The notes below the pieces were generated by a model, which was not told the origin of the DNA, did not search any database, and saw only the letters and a program-made list of their open reading frames with translations. From assembly GCA_051294905.1 (NCBI GenBank), contig CM119371.1, positions 9,178,001-9,242,000 on the forward strand: a stretch of 64,000 bases of DNA. The letters run 5' to 3'. Position numbers and translations under genes: made by a program. Position 1 is the stretch's first letter. The number at the start of each line of letters is the position of its first letter. Source of the stretch: Botryllus schlosseri. Taxonomy: Eukaryota. This document shows, piece after piece, positions 15,201 through 27,047 of this stretch.

Positions 15201-18200
15201 TTCTACAGTTTCCAATTGAGCCAAATTAGGTGTAAAGCGTATTTGTAGCCAACCTAAAAAATTTTTCAACTAGTTAGTAAACAAGATATATTGGAACATC
15301 CCTGGTGATTGTACGATGCAATTTTGTTTTTAATTTCCGCTTTGTTCAGCGCCAACGGAACGGCTCGATTGTATGCTCGGAGGAGGATCTGCTCGGGTCG
15401 ACTTGCATCCTCCTGTGTGACGAAGGGTTCGAAGTAAGGGGAGAATTCAGAACTCAGTGCGTTGGAGACGCGAAATGGAGCGGGAGCATAGGATTTTGCA
15501 AAAGTGAATGTTGGAATCGCTCGAGTACACTTTTCACGAGACCTGACTCGATTCGGATGTGGTTTGGCTCAATGTTATATTTTTTTCAGTCAATTTCAAG
15601 TGATTAAGCATTCGGTAACTGCACCTTTAAAATTGGATAACTCGACTCAACTTTTTCAGTAACTTGACAAGACACGGAGGTTCGAAAATATGGATTGACT
15701 CGTGACTTGAAGTGAAATCTTTGAGTCAATTTCAAGTCGTAAAGTCATCGATGACTTGACTCGACTCAAAATGTGCAATGACTTGATATGACTTGTGACC
15801 CGTGTTGGATGACACGCGAAAAGTCTTCGAGTTCAATAATAAAACTATTGAGTAGTAATTTGGTAACTTATTATTTTCAATAATTACATCACACACACGG
15901 AAAATTTCCCCTATTTTGAATTTGATTCACTGCATTACTGGTGTTCACTGTTGATGCGATTCGGTCAAAGACTTTATAGTAAATAAAATGACAACATTAG
16001 GTTACTGTTTTGTGATGTAAATTATTCTGCACTGGATGTATTCTTGAACAACATACTCGATCGAGTTCGTTATCACATTTAAATTCACAATGTGTTACAG
16101 GAATCTCGTGCAGACGGATCGAAATTCCGCAGTATGGCTCCATGCGTTGTGACATGCAGTTCAGGTTTGGCTCGACCTGCGAGTTCGCTTGCAACGAAGG
16201 GTTTCTTCTGCGCGGCAGAGGCGAAACCAGATGTGAGACCCGCAGAGTTTGGACTGCGGCGATCCCGTCGTGTGAACGTGAGTCGACGCTTTAATTTGGT
16301 TGAAACAAGGACTAGACAAAATCGAATACGCGAGTGATTCTATTCATACCATTCGTCATATCATCAGTTACGACGCAACAACCACACTCGCACAAACTTC
16401 CAATGCAGTTAGTTCATAAGTCAACTAGCTACTGTTTTTGAGCGGATCTCCTTCTAGCGGTAAATTATGAAAATCCAGTAGTATATAACAGGCATGGTAT
16501 GTTATGGTATCCTAAGGAACGAAATTTCGGTATAAAATATGGAAATGTGCAAGTCTGGTATAGAAGTCTCCAAATATGCTACGGAAACGTTTTTGCCTAC
16601 TTTTAGACTTTGGCAGTTTTGCCTGAACCATGACAATGAGCCTATTTTCGATTAATCAAAAGGAAATCATACCTCAAAAAATCGGTCACTTATAAGTCCA
16701 TGTTCATATCTGAAATTACGACTGAGACTCACCCACCCCTGTCGTTGTTAATTTCATTCATTTTTAGTTGTAACTAACCCTGTTACAGTTGCCCCGCACG
16801 GGAGGAAACAATTGCCCCTGGGCACCGAGCCATTGTAACATTTAAGCGGCGATTTTTGCGATTGAGTTCGATTATTGTTTTTATATCAACTGTCGAGGTG
16901 TTACCTTCTTTATATAAAACTTCGGAAACAAAATTCACGAAAAAACACGTATTGTTAGAAAATACAAAAAGTGTTACAATTGTCCCTGGTCTTCCCTACT
17001 TGACAGATATGTCATTTCCGCTTACGTCCATTGCTTTGTACTGCACGTATTTTATGCTGTCACAATCGAGATTCCATGGCTTCCACAGTGATAAAACACA
17101 TTGAAACAATATTTCTCGTTAAGTAATTAACTAGCTCCAAGTGGCAAAGAGCGCATAATTTCTGTACTCGAAATATTGACCTCTCATTACTCGTCCCGAA
17201 TCATGGAAATAAACACTCAATTCGAATTCTAATACCTTATGATTGTGCCGGAAGATTAGTACGTTTGAAAAGATGGAAATTCGATGGTGTTATTTTCCAG
17301 GTGAGATTTGCGACGATACCTTCATCACTGTTAGCAACGCCAGAGTGTTTTGCACCGACGGGAACAATTTTGAGTCGGTTTGCGTCGTAACCTGTAACAT
17401 AGGGTGAGTCTGACACGTGGTGTGATGCGCGGATTTGACATCCTATTGTCCAAACCCTGTTACTGATTTGAGATTCAAATCCCGTAATGGCTAAAATGTC
17501 ATCAAAGTCCCGTGAAAATTGAACAGCGTTGAAACTCATGTCCAAATCGAAATCCTGAAAAAATCAGTCACATATCTAAATCCCAGTCAAAACACGCGTA
17601 TCTCTGCCGAAATTTTTTCAATAGTTGCCTGCATGATATAGGAAAGTGACGGCAAATTCAAGGTCAAGTTCTCCATACTCGATAAATATCTGGTCAAATT
17701 ACTCAAATCCGGCTTTTTACAAATCTCATCTCTGGACCATTTGCATTGCAGATACAAATTAGCCGAGGTTGAACTGGACGAGTTCAAAACCACGCTCGAA
17801 TGCCAGGCCGGGGCGAGTTGGAACACAACCAAACCGACCTGCGTTCGAAAACGATGTCAGCCATCCATTGAAAAACTCGTTCTGGTCAGCTTGTTAGAGC
17901 TGTTCAAAGATGACTTACTATTTTTTCAAATTCTCCTTTCTAGTTGATAAAATTGTTAGCTTGGCTATAAAAAATGCTGTTCGCCGAATTTGACTCTATT
18001 CCGACTTGTAGAAGTGAAGCCATGATAATATAAATTTTGCGATTTAAATCAAAATATTATTAAAATGGCTGACAAAATGGTAGTTACACTTTGTAATTCT
18101 ATGTTCGTTAAATCTATTTTTTGTCAACTCCAAAATTTTTCGCTCCAATAACTTTACTTCCATGGTTTGGAATTAATCCAAATTTGTTTGTTTTAAACAA

Positions 18201-21200
18201 CCAAACAATTTAACGAGGAAGCCGGTAAAATTTGAAAAAATCTATTTAAAATTTTATAATAAATATAACATTTTCTACTCTCATAGCTTCGCTTGTACAG
18301 TTTCCAATTGAGCCAAATTCAATGCAAAGCGTATATGTAACAAATCTAAGACTTTAATCAATTACCAAGTTAACAAGTTATATTTGAACATCCCTACTGC
18401 CGATTATACGACGTATTTTTTTGAAAATTTTCGCTTTGTTCAGTCGCAACCGAACCGCGCGATCGTATGCTCGGAGCACGATCTGCTCGGTTCGACTTGC
18501 TGGGTCGCGTGTGACGAGGGTTTCAATGTCCGAGGGGAATTCAGAGCTCAGTGCGTTGGAGACGCGAAATGGAGCAAGAGCATAAGATTTTGTGAAAGTG
18601 AATATTGGAATCGCTCGAGTACTCTTTTTACGAGACCTGACTCGATTCGGATGTGGTTTGGCCCGGTGTTAATTTTTTCAATCAATTACAAGTGATTGAG
18701 CAACTAGACCTTCAAAAATGGATTGACTAGACTAAACTTTTTCAGTAACTTGACTAGACACGGAGGTTCAAAAATATGAATTGACTCGTGACTTGAAGTG
18801 AAGTCTTTGAGTCAATTTCTAGTCGTAAAGTCATCGTTGACTCGGCTCGACTCAAAATGTGCAATGACTTGATAAGACTGGTGACCCGCGTTCGGAATTC
18901 GGATGACACACGAAAAGTCTTCGAGTTCAATGATGAAACCATTGAGTATTAATTTGGTAGTTTATTACTATCAATAAATGCATCACTCACACGGACAATT
19001 TTCCATATTTTGAATTTTATTCACTGCAATACTCATGCTCACTGCTGATGTGAGTCAGTCAAAGACTTTATAGTGAATAAAATGACAACATCAGGTCACT
19101 GTTTTGTGATGTAAATTATTCTGCACTGAGTGTATTCTTGAACACCATACTCAGTCGAGTTCTTTGTCACCTTTGAAATCGCAACGTGTTACAGGAATCT
19201 CGTGCGAACGGATCGAAGTTCCTCAGCATGGCTCCATGCAATGCGACTTGCCCTTCTGGTTAGGCTCGACCTGCTTGTTTTTGTGCAACAAAGGGTTTAT
19301 TTTGCGCGGCAGGGGAATAGTCAGATGTGAAGCTGACGGCGATTGGACTTCGGCGATCCCATGGTGCGAACGTGAGTCGACGATTCAGTTTGGCTAAAAC
19401 TAGGGTTAGACAGAATCGAGTTCCGTGTGTTTTGATTCACATCATTGTTCATAAGATCTTGGTAACTTTCACACTCTATGAAACGTCCACTTGCGAATGA
19501 ATATAACTATAATAAAGTTATATTCATTCGCAAGTGGACGTTAAATAGAGTGTGAAAGCTACCAAGATCTTACGTTTATATATATCGTCTGCTATCGGCG
19601 CAACAAAGTATCATTCTTCATATAATCCGTTATGATGCCACAAGCAAAGTTGTACGTACAAACTACAAATCTAGTTAGTTTGCGATCAACTAACTATACT
19701 GTTTTTTACTAGTTCTAGGACTTGCTACGGATTTTCTAGATCAAGTCGTTTGTACGTGCATGTCTGGACGCAAGAGTATGAATCACGAGAAAAGTTGAAT
19801 AATGTAGCTTTGACGGTACCACAAGAAAACAATTCCAGTTCTACATCGCAATAAATATAATTTTACATTTTTTCGAGAATACCCATTTCGTTGCACTTTG
19901 TGACAATGCTGTGAATTGATCACCACTTCACAGAGATGTCACTTCGGCTAACGTAAGTAGTTTTGTAATGCATGTATTGTATTCTGCGATACGACGAATT
20001 GAGATTTCAAGGCTCCCTCAGTGGAAAATCGTATTGATCCTATAATTCTCGTTGATAAAATAACTCTTAGTGGCATGGAACGCATAACTTCTTTACACAA
20101 ATAAATTGATCTCTCATTAATCGACTCGAATCATTAAATTTATTATTCGATTCAGATTCTATATCCTAATCATCGTACCCTTAGAACGGTACGGCGGAAA
20201 GCCTGAAGAGTTGATAGTGGATTTTTTCAGGTGAGATTTGCGACGATACTTTTATGACTGTGACCAACGCCAAAGTGAATTGCACCGATGGAAGCAAGTT
20301 TGAATCGATTTGTGATGTAACCTGTAACGAAGGGTGAGCCTGATACGTTCTGTGATGGACGGTTTTGATGTTCTAAAATTCAAATACCGTTACTGATTCG
20401 GGATTAAAATCTGATAATGGCTGAAATGTGACCGAAAGTCGCGTGAAAATTAAAAAAGGTGTAAAACTCATGCCAAACTCCAAATCCAGAATTAATTTAT
20501 TCTCATATCTAATTTCAGGTCAACATCTAAGTATCCATGCTATCATTTCTTCAATAGTCGCCCGCATGCGATAGGAAAGTTACGACAAGTTCAATGCCAA
20601 GTCAAAATCCATCTTCGAAATAATCATAAATCCCTACCCTCATCTCATCTCAGGAACATTTGCGTTGCAGATACCAATTGGCCGGGTTTCAAGAGAACGA
20701 GTTCGAAACCACCCTTGAATGTCAGGCTGGTGCGACTTGGAACACTGAGAAAGCGACCTGCATTCGAAAACGATGCCAGCCGTCCTTTGAACAACTCGTT
20801 ACAGTATGCTTTTTATGGCTGTGTCTAAGGATAGTTTTTTTTATAAATCTTGCTGGCTTGTTGACAAATTTGTTAGCTTGGCTAAAAAAATGCTGCACGA
20901 CGCATTTGGCTCGATTTCAACCTGTAGAATCGAAGCGACAACCCTAGAAACTTTAGGATGTAATGTAAAAATATGAAAAATTGAATTAATAGAATAGTAC
21001 TAAGGTTCAACAATTCTGTAATATTTAATACTAATATATTCATATTTAAAATTTCCTACTCCAATAGCTTTTCTAAGGTTTGCAACGAAGGAAAATTCCA
21101 TATGCACATTTTTTAGACAATCTAGCAAATCCGTGAGATAGCCCGAAAATTCGAAAAGAATCAATTTATATATATTTATACTGAATATAAAATATTCCAT

Positions 21201-21931
21201 TCCTATGGCTTCGCTTATACGACTTGCAATTGAGCCAAATTCGGTGTTTGTTTGCTTATTAAGATATCATTGGCGCTCATCGCTATTATAGTCATTTGCG
21301 CCCAGTACATGAATTCCATTAAGGTCAGATGTCTTTTTTGCTTTTACTTCTTCAACGTGATCTTTTGCTGCCATCTTTCAAGAGTTCGGCTCTCTCTTCC
21401 TCTGGGCTTTTGAAGGCGCTGTATTTACAGCGGCAGAGCCGAGACTCGAACCATCAACCATTGGTGTCGTGACTGCAGTGTTTTACCAACTGCGCCACCC
21501 GCTTCCCCCCAAATTCGGTGTGCATTGTTTTTTAGACTGTCATGAGCCAGTAACATTAGAAAAAAAAGGTTTTTGAAATATCTCAATAATTTTTATCATT
21601 ATAGCTTCCCTTCTACAGTTTGCAATTGAGCCTAATTCGGTGAAAAGCGTATTTTAGCCGACTTTTTAATGTTATAAACTACCAGCTAGTCAGTAAAAAT
21701 TAGTTATGTTTGAAACCTACCGCTCATTGTCCAATGATGTGTTTTTTTAATTTTTGTTTTGTTCAGCGTCGACCAAACGGCACGATCTCATGCTCGGAGG
21801 AAGACCTTCTCGGGACGACTTGCTTGCTCCTGTGTGACGAAGGGTTCGAAGTGCGAGGGGAATTCAGAACTCAGTGCGTTGGAGACGCGAAATGGAGCAA
21901 GAGCATCGGGTTCTGCACAAGCGAATCTTGA
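2943..21931 (+). CDS. Gene 1 (5'-truncated by window): multi-Sushi/CCP protein, selectin-type six-Cys SCRs (P-selectin/SVEP1-like); 13 exons, 10 CCP domains in window
   Basis: Exons 2943-3119, 13394-13567, 14217-14319, 14667-14799, 15350-15503, 16101-16277, 17301-17403, 17752-17884, 18444-18597, 19195-19371, 20231-20333, 20671-20803, 21767-21931. All have AG acceptors, phases are compatible and the spliced frame is open. Motif C..G...C....GSTC.F.C..GF.L.G.....C....W....P.C recurs. Confidence 0.85.
3445..4882 (+). mobile_element. Decayed Tc1/mariner-superfamily (m44-like) transposon
   Basis: Imperfect TIRs CACTGG(G/C)CAACA with subterminal ctatcacgtcaa / ttgacgtgatag; transposase relic at about 4105-4300 (LKCAILQNGKVLGAVIIAHSVSLRE*Y...LQYHEHDWIICV). 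Confidence 0.6.
5309..6822 (+). mobile_element. hAT (Buster/Charlie-type) MITE family Z
   Basis: TIR CAGTGGTCGGGAACC, perfect 8-bp TSD gcctatac. Confidence 0.9.
6054..6463 (+). mobile_element. hAT MITE with TCGCCCCC subterminal repeats and internal poly-A runs
   Basis: TIR CAGTGGTTCCCAAC, perfect TSD atctagtc; related partial inverted copy at about 42158-42430. Confidence 0.9.
8639..8910 (-). pseudogene. Buster/Charlie (ZBED5-like) hAT transposase C-terminal relic
   Basis: Minus strand reads LLLFPTT/YLCESGFSTLTMIK.KYSNKLQPEDDIRC...EFDKLVRQDQAQGSH* with frameshifts; probable element end agtggttctcaacc at about 8474. Confidence 0.8.
9052..10025 (-). mobile_element. MITE family Y copy containing a TAGGGTTACCATA-TIR MITE (9107-9524)
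   Basis: TSD cctacgtg/catacgtg; inner element TSD gtcttggg/ttcttggg. Confidence 0.85.
10515..11706 (+). mobile_element. hAT-like element family V (CAGAGGTGGTCA TIR, TACTT/AAGTA subterminal repeats), copy 1
   Basis: TSD cattcact/caatcact; aligns along its length with 32005-33271 and 50767-52055. Confidence 0.9.
13394..15503 (+). CDS. Gene 1 cassette copy 1: exons A1 13394-13567, B1 14217-14319, C1 14667-14799, D1 15350-15503 (3 Sushi domains)
   Basis: ISCERIEIPHHGAMRC...WTSVIPWCE / EICDDTFMTVTHAEVDCTDGNNFESVCNVTCNKG / YKLAEVELYEFKTTLECQAGAIWDSPKPTCVKKRCQPSFEELVW / RQRNGSIVCSEEDLLGSTC...GFCK; phases 1-1, 1-2, 2-0, 0-1. The exon C donor could alternatively be 6 nt earlier. Confidence 0.85.
16101..18597 (+). 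CDS. Gene 1 cassette copy 2: exons A2 16101-16277, B2 17301-17403, C2 17752-17884, D2 18444-18597 (3 Sushi domains)
   Basis: Same phases and near-identical exon sizes to copy 1 (A2 is one codon longer), open frame, all Cys conserved. Confidence 0.85.
19195..21931 (+). CDS. Gene 1 cassette copy 3: exons A3 19195-19371, B3 20231-20333, C3 20671-20803, D3 21767-21931 (likely terminal, ends FCTSES*)
   Basis: Same structure; donor position after D3 reads GCGAAT instead of GTGAAT and an in-frame TGA lies at 21929-21931. Confidence 0.8.
19452..19572. repeat. Near-perfect palindrome (57-bp arms) inserted in the intron after exon A3
   Basis: taagatcttggtaactttcacactctat...atataact / agttatat...atagagtgtgaaagctaccaagatctta, 3 mismatches. 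Confidence 0.9.
21248..21508 (-). mobile_element. tRNA-derived SINE (second family)
   Basis: Minus-strand head with A box TGGCGCAGTTGG and B box GGTTCGAGTCT, AAAC tail, 13-bp TSD ccaaattcggtgt. Confidence 0.8.
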
Positions 21932-24900
21932 CATCGCCCGAGTGCACTTTTCACGCGACTTGACTCGATTCGGATGTGGCTTGAATCAGATCTAAATTGT
22001 TGAGGCGATTTAAAGTGGTCGTGTATTCGGCAACTGGACCTTCAAAATTGGAGTGACTCGATTTTACTTTTAGACAGTCGTCGAGCATGAGATCTGACGT
22101 ATGTATTTCACCAACTGCTGTGCTTTTCAACCTTTTTCATCATGGAACACCCTTTCCACGTTTACTCAAAACTCGTTCACCCCTGACCACTTAATACAGC
22201 GATTCCGTAATAAGCCGCATTTCAATTACGTATATAGCATACAACCGCATTCCAGCAGAGAGTCGTCACGGTCCATCTGGACGACAAATATTTCTGTTAA
22301 ATTGGCTACTGGGAACTTCGCACCGCAGGTAGCCGTTGTGGTGATATATGCCGTCACTGATTTCTTCAGATAGAAGCAGAATATCCCCGCAGGCATACAA
22401 TGTATGTACAAGAATCGCGAGCATAGATGTTAGGGAAAGCTATTGGGATCAGGAGTCTTGTCGCCCGCGAAGCGCTAATTTTTTTTTTCAAGCTCTTGAA
22501 TGAATTTCGTCGACAATGTCGGTAGTTTCACATATTACTGTGTAAATTTTCTTCATTTTTAGTCCACATGAGTGGATCTGATAGAGGGGGTTCAAATGGT
22601 AATGCATCTTCCGTTTTTTTTAATCACTTTGCGGCATGTTGTTATTCTTATAACTCAATCAGGATTTTCGGTATAGTCAAACATGTTGGTATTGATGAAC
22701 GATCTATCTTGACCTGATCCGTCGAGGCTTGAGATATATCTTCATTCGAATTAAATATATTTCACAGAAGCAGATAATCTGTTCTTACAGCAGCAAGTAG
22801 CATCCATCGTAGACAACACAGGCAAATTAACAGCAAGGGCTAGCGAACACACAAACGCATTTATACACGACGTCTTAACCTAACAATCAACCAATCATTG
22901 ACCTAATCACCAAATGAGAGGAACAGAAATACTAAATCAGAGTTCTCAGGTCATAAGCAATCAAAGCTTCGCAACAGGTATCGCCCAAAGGTACCAGAAA
23001 CACCTTCATTCGTGAGACGCACACGATTCCAACTTGGTATTTTCATGGGGCGCGTAATCAGGACACTATTATATTAAAAACGAAAAAGCCAAAGCGAAAC
23101 CGTTAGATGCAGGTCACGTCGAGAATATATTAGTTTCACAAAACTATAATAAAATATATATATGTGGTCACGCTGCGACATCACCTCTGGATCAAAAGAT
23201 CCACGGCTACCAAAGGAACCCGAATCACGATTAATAATAATGAACCAAATTCTAACGTTCACGGTCTCATTTAAATATCCTGTATTCCTCATAACGCATG
23301 CGAAGAGTTAACGCACGATTACGACTAAAACAATGGGAGCGCGGACATATGCCAACCTATTTCGTCGTTAAAGTCACCGTCTTAGCGGTCTAATAACTGT
23401 ATTCAACTGGCCGATCATCAAATCTTTGCCGATACCGCTGTTTGCGAATAAACGTTTTGCTAATATAGAGCCTCTATGATTCGCAATGTAATAAATTAGA
23501 CTAATAGGATTGATAATTAGGTATTGGAGCGTCAAACATGGTCGTGGATTTTGAGGTAACTTTTTCGAACGATTTGACTGGTCCTGCCCGCGAGCGATTT
23601 GAAGGTTGAAGTTTGACACCCTGCCCTAGGGCGTGTGATACATCCGGTTAAAGCCCTGGACCACGGTATCAGTTTATAACTAATTTCCTCATTTCAAGCG
23701 CCAAAATACTGCGATACAATGAAAATATATCAATTTCCCGGAACGACTTAGAGTAGTCTAAGAAATCAGCCACCCACCTAGACTTAGGCGATGCAAAGAA
23801 AAGTCATGCACACAGGATGCAAAGAAATAAAGTATCACATAAAACGACAAGCGATAAAAATGTATGACGCATGTGTCGAGAGGTGAGGTTGATATTGTAA
23901 CGGGTGAATAACTACACAGAATGTTCCGTTGTCGAGTTTAAGATTTGTGCAGTTACTCAGAGATTGTTTTTATTTATTTCGTATGATTTTCGTTTAGAGC
24001 GAGCAAAATATTGCTTACCGTTTCTAATAAATGTTTTAACTACTGCAAAGAACCAAAGGGTGGTGTGTTAGCATGTAGACCGCTGAAGCAGACTTACATT
24101 ATTGTAGTAGTCTATAACCAACTACTAGCAGCTAGAGCAGAGGTTCTCAACCTTTTTTTGGCTGTGGCCCATTTTCTTGTTTGAAAATGTTCTGTAGCCC
24201 ACCTCTTATCCTACAGTCACAGTACTATTCAATGCGTGGTTATCGTCGGTGCTGAAATGACAATTTTTCTAAAATGTTGGCATTTTTTCGTATCAATTAT
24301 ATTTAAATCTAGACCTCCAGGCACAGGAAATCGCGCGAAGCGCGGCAAAAAATTTTCAGTCAAATAAATCTAATCCAACAAACGACCAACGAAATCATTT
24401 TGATGCCATTCGAGCTTCCCACAATCGGGAGTTTGAAGCGTAGCATTTGCGGTTCTGGTAGATCGTATAACTCTTGTGTACATTATGGCTATCCGCTGTT
24501 CCACTCACGTCGCTAAGCCCAATGACCGAATCCCCCATCGACCGTGTGAATGGGGTTTTAGTTCCACTATGGTGGGGAGCAATATATCCATTCTGGGCCT
24601 GCTTCAAACAATTCTTTGGCGAATGGCATGCCACAGAGAAGTGGAAAAAGAATTTACAGGCTTCACAATGTACATGTACATAGTATGTTTTGTACCTACT
24701 GTAGTTCCGATGTCAGAACATTCAATCCAATTACACAATGAATTCATGTGACTGTGATTGTGACCGTGGTCCATTAATCTTTAGGTCTAACTATGTGGAC
24801 GTACGTTCGCTGTATGGAATTGCAAGTAGGTTATGCTTTAATGTATCGCCGACGACCCAATTCAGAATTTTACGCAAAAACAGCTATATTATTCCCTTGC

Positions 24901-25543
24901 TCTCGTATAAAGCGGTGGCGGTTCGGCTAATTATCGCAAACAGCGACTCAGTCATACAATGAATCAAAACAAATGACCGCCCGCGGCTCATCTTGCGAAC
25001 GCGACTATGAACTTTGTCATTTATTAGACTCCGAAACGAAACAGTCTCATTTCCAGAGGTCGCAGCCGGTCGAAATCACCGCAGTGACGTCATAATGCTA
25101 CTGATTGCAACAAAAAACATAGTACATCAGACTATGATATCACAGGTCGCACCAGCGTCTGGCTTTATTTTAGAGCCGCAAAACAGTTTCGAGACCTTTG
25201 AGGCTTTTGAAATATGCTTGTTGAGATTCTAATCGGAAGTAGTTTCGGGCTTATTTACATGACATTGCAATAGGTTGTCAGGTATTTCCCGATCATATAC
25301 TTATTTCATTGCACTTTGTGACAGTGCTGTGGTTCGGTCATGGCTTCACAGATATGATATTTCCGCTAACATGCGTAGCTTTTCACTGGAGATTTCGTAT
25401 GCTACAATACGACTCATCGAGGTTTAAAGGCCTCCACAGTGGAAAATAATGTCAAAGCTATAATTCTCGTTCATAAATTCATTCTTAGTAACAACGCGTG
25501 CATAACGTCAGTACTCTAAAGAAACATCTCTCACTACACTGAC

Positions 25544-26011
25544 CAGAGATGAGCATGGATTAGGATTAGGATTTGAAAAAACAGGATTTCGGAAATTTTT
25601 TCGGATTTGGATTGGATTAGGATAAAAGATTTTTTTCTGAACGGATTAGGATTGGATTGGATTTACCGATTTTCTGGGAGATTGATATGTCGTGTGGCGA
25701 ATGGCGACAAACTTTATTCAAATCATTTAATAATGTACTTATGGTGCACTACACTATGGTATACTCGTTGCCAATTAGCATGAGAGGTACATGCCTATGC
25801 CAAATTATCTTAAATATAGAGGATTGTTGGTTGTGGAAGAATAATTTCCTTACATAAATTAGCATTTTTTCCGAATTTCAAGTTCGAATCGGATTAGGGT
25901 TGGACATGGACTTAAATATACATAAGTTATGGATTAGGATTTGAATTAGGATTTGAAGCTTCGGATTTGGATTGGATTAGGACATAGAAATTCCAAATCC
26001 GCTCATCTCTG
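25544..26011. mobile_element. hAT-like MITE with GGATT(A/T/G) subterminal repeats
   Basis: TIR CAGAGATGAGC, perfect TSD acactgac. Confidence 0.9.
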
Positions 26012-27047
26012 ACACTGACTACAGGGATATCTAAAACTCCCTTAAATATCCCTATCCCACTACTGGGCTGCAATCATTAGAATTAACCCTAGATTCAAAT
26101 TAAATTTCTCGAATCACTGTATCCATCTCTAGTTTTGTAGATTCACGCAATCCTTGAAACGTTCGACCCGAGTTGATATAATGACCCTCTAACTATAGAG
26201 TATGACTGGAGTGACGACTCGATTGTTCTCCCATTGTTAGCCGGCAGAATGGTCACGGTCAGATGGATGCACCCAAAACATGATAGCTCAGTGCTTGTTT
26301 CAATGGCGTTCAAGGCGATTCGTCGTGTATTTCTTGAAGTTGTGTCGGAATTAGTTAGACAGTTCAAGATTTAGGTAGCGGTGACGAGTCGTTATGACTA
26401 GTGAATAATACTGTGTAGCTTATGTTACATTTCTCACGAGATTGATGTGATATTGTGGCTTTGATCCTTTGTAGAGTTTGCTACGTATATGAATATAATG
26501 ACAGAAGGTATAGAATATCTGGTTCGTGTGCATTGGCTATTGTGAGATGAATTCATGGAAAGAAAGACTGAAGAATACTACAAAGTGAACAAGTGGAAAG
26601 ATCTTGAACTATACCGATATGCAATTCACAATATCGTTGATTGAAAATATGTCCTATATTAACTGCAGAAACTCGAGTATGAATATAACAAATAATATTG
26701 CAACTGTCTTGTAGTCTTATATAATGCCTGTCCGATAACCGCAGAAACTTGAGTATGACTTTGACTAGAACAAGAGTGTTAATGTTCTGCTTGAGCTCGA
26801 CTCACAATAGCCAGAGCTTACGCCTTGAAAGTGTGCAAAATCGCACTTGAAGGGAACTCGTTGTCATTGCCAAGAACACAGAAAGACGTCTGCCGGTCGA
26901 CATTAGTAGTAAGCCAATGCACCACGTCAAGGTTTCGACCAACGCATTGGTTTCCTTTTTTAGGTAGGGAACCTCAATGTGGATAGGCAGCATTTGCCAC
27001 AGAGAGAAAAAACTACCATACTAACACTACCAAAAACTACATTCGCT

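Larger units (their letters stand above)
13394..22080 (+). repeat. Intragenic tandem triplication of a ~2.7-3.1 kb four-exon unit
   Basis: Both exons and introns align between the three copies (e.g. post-exon-D gactcgattcggatgtgg at about 15546, 18638 and 21962). Confidence 0.95.

Noticed and set aside
25310..25540. Fourth copy of the gene 1 cassette
   Set aside because: It resembles only the A-B intron, no exon follows, and similar sequence occurs near 47650-47880 and 58330-58470, so it is a dispersed repeat
26800..27000. PHD or zinc-finger relic inside the P element
   Set aside because: Cys pairs fall in different frames with stops; cannot be supported by eye
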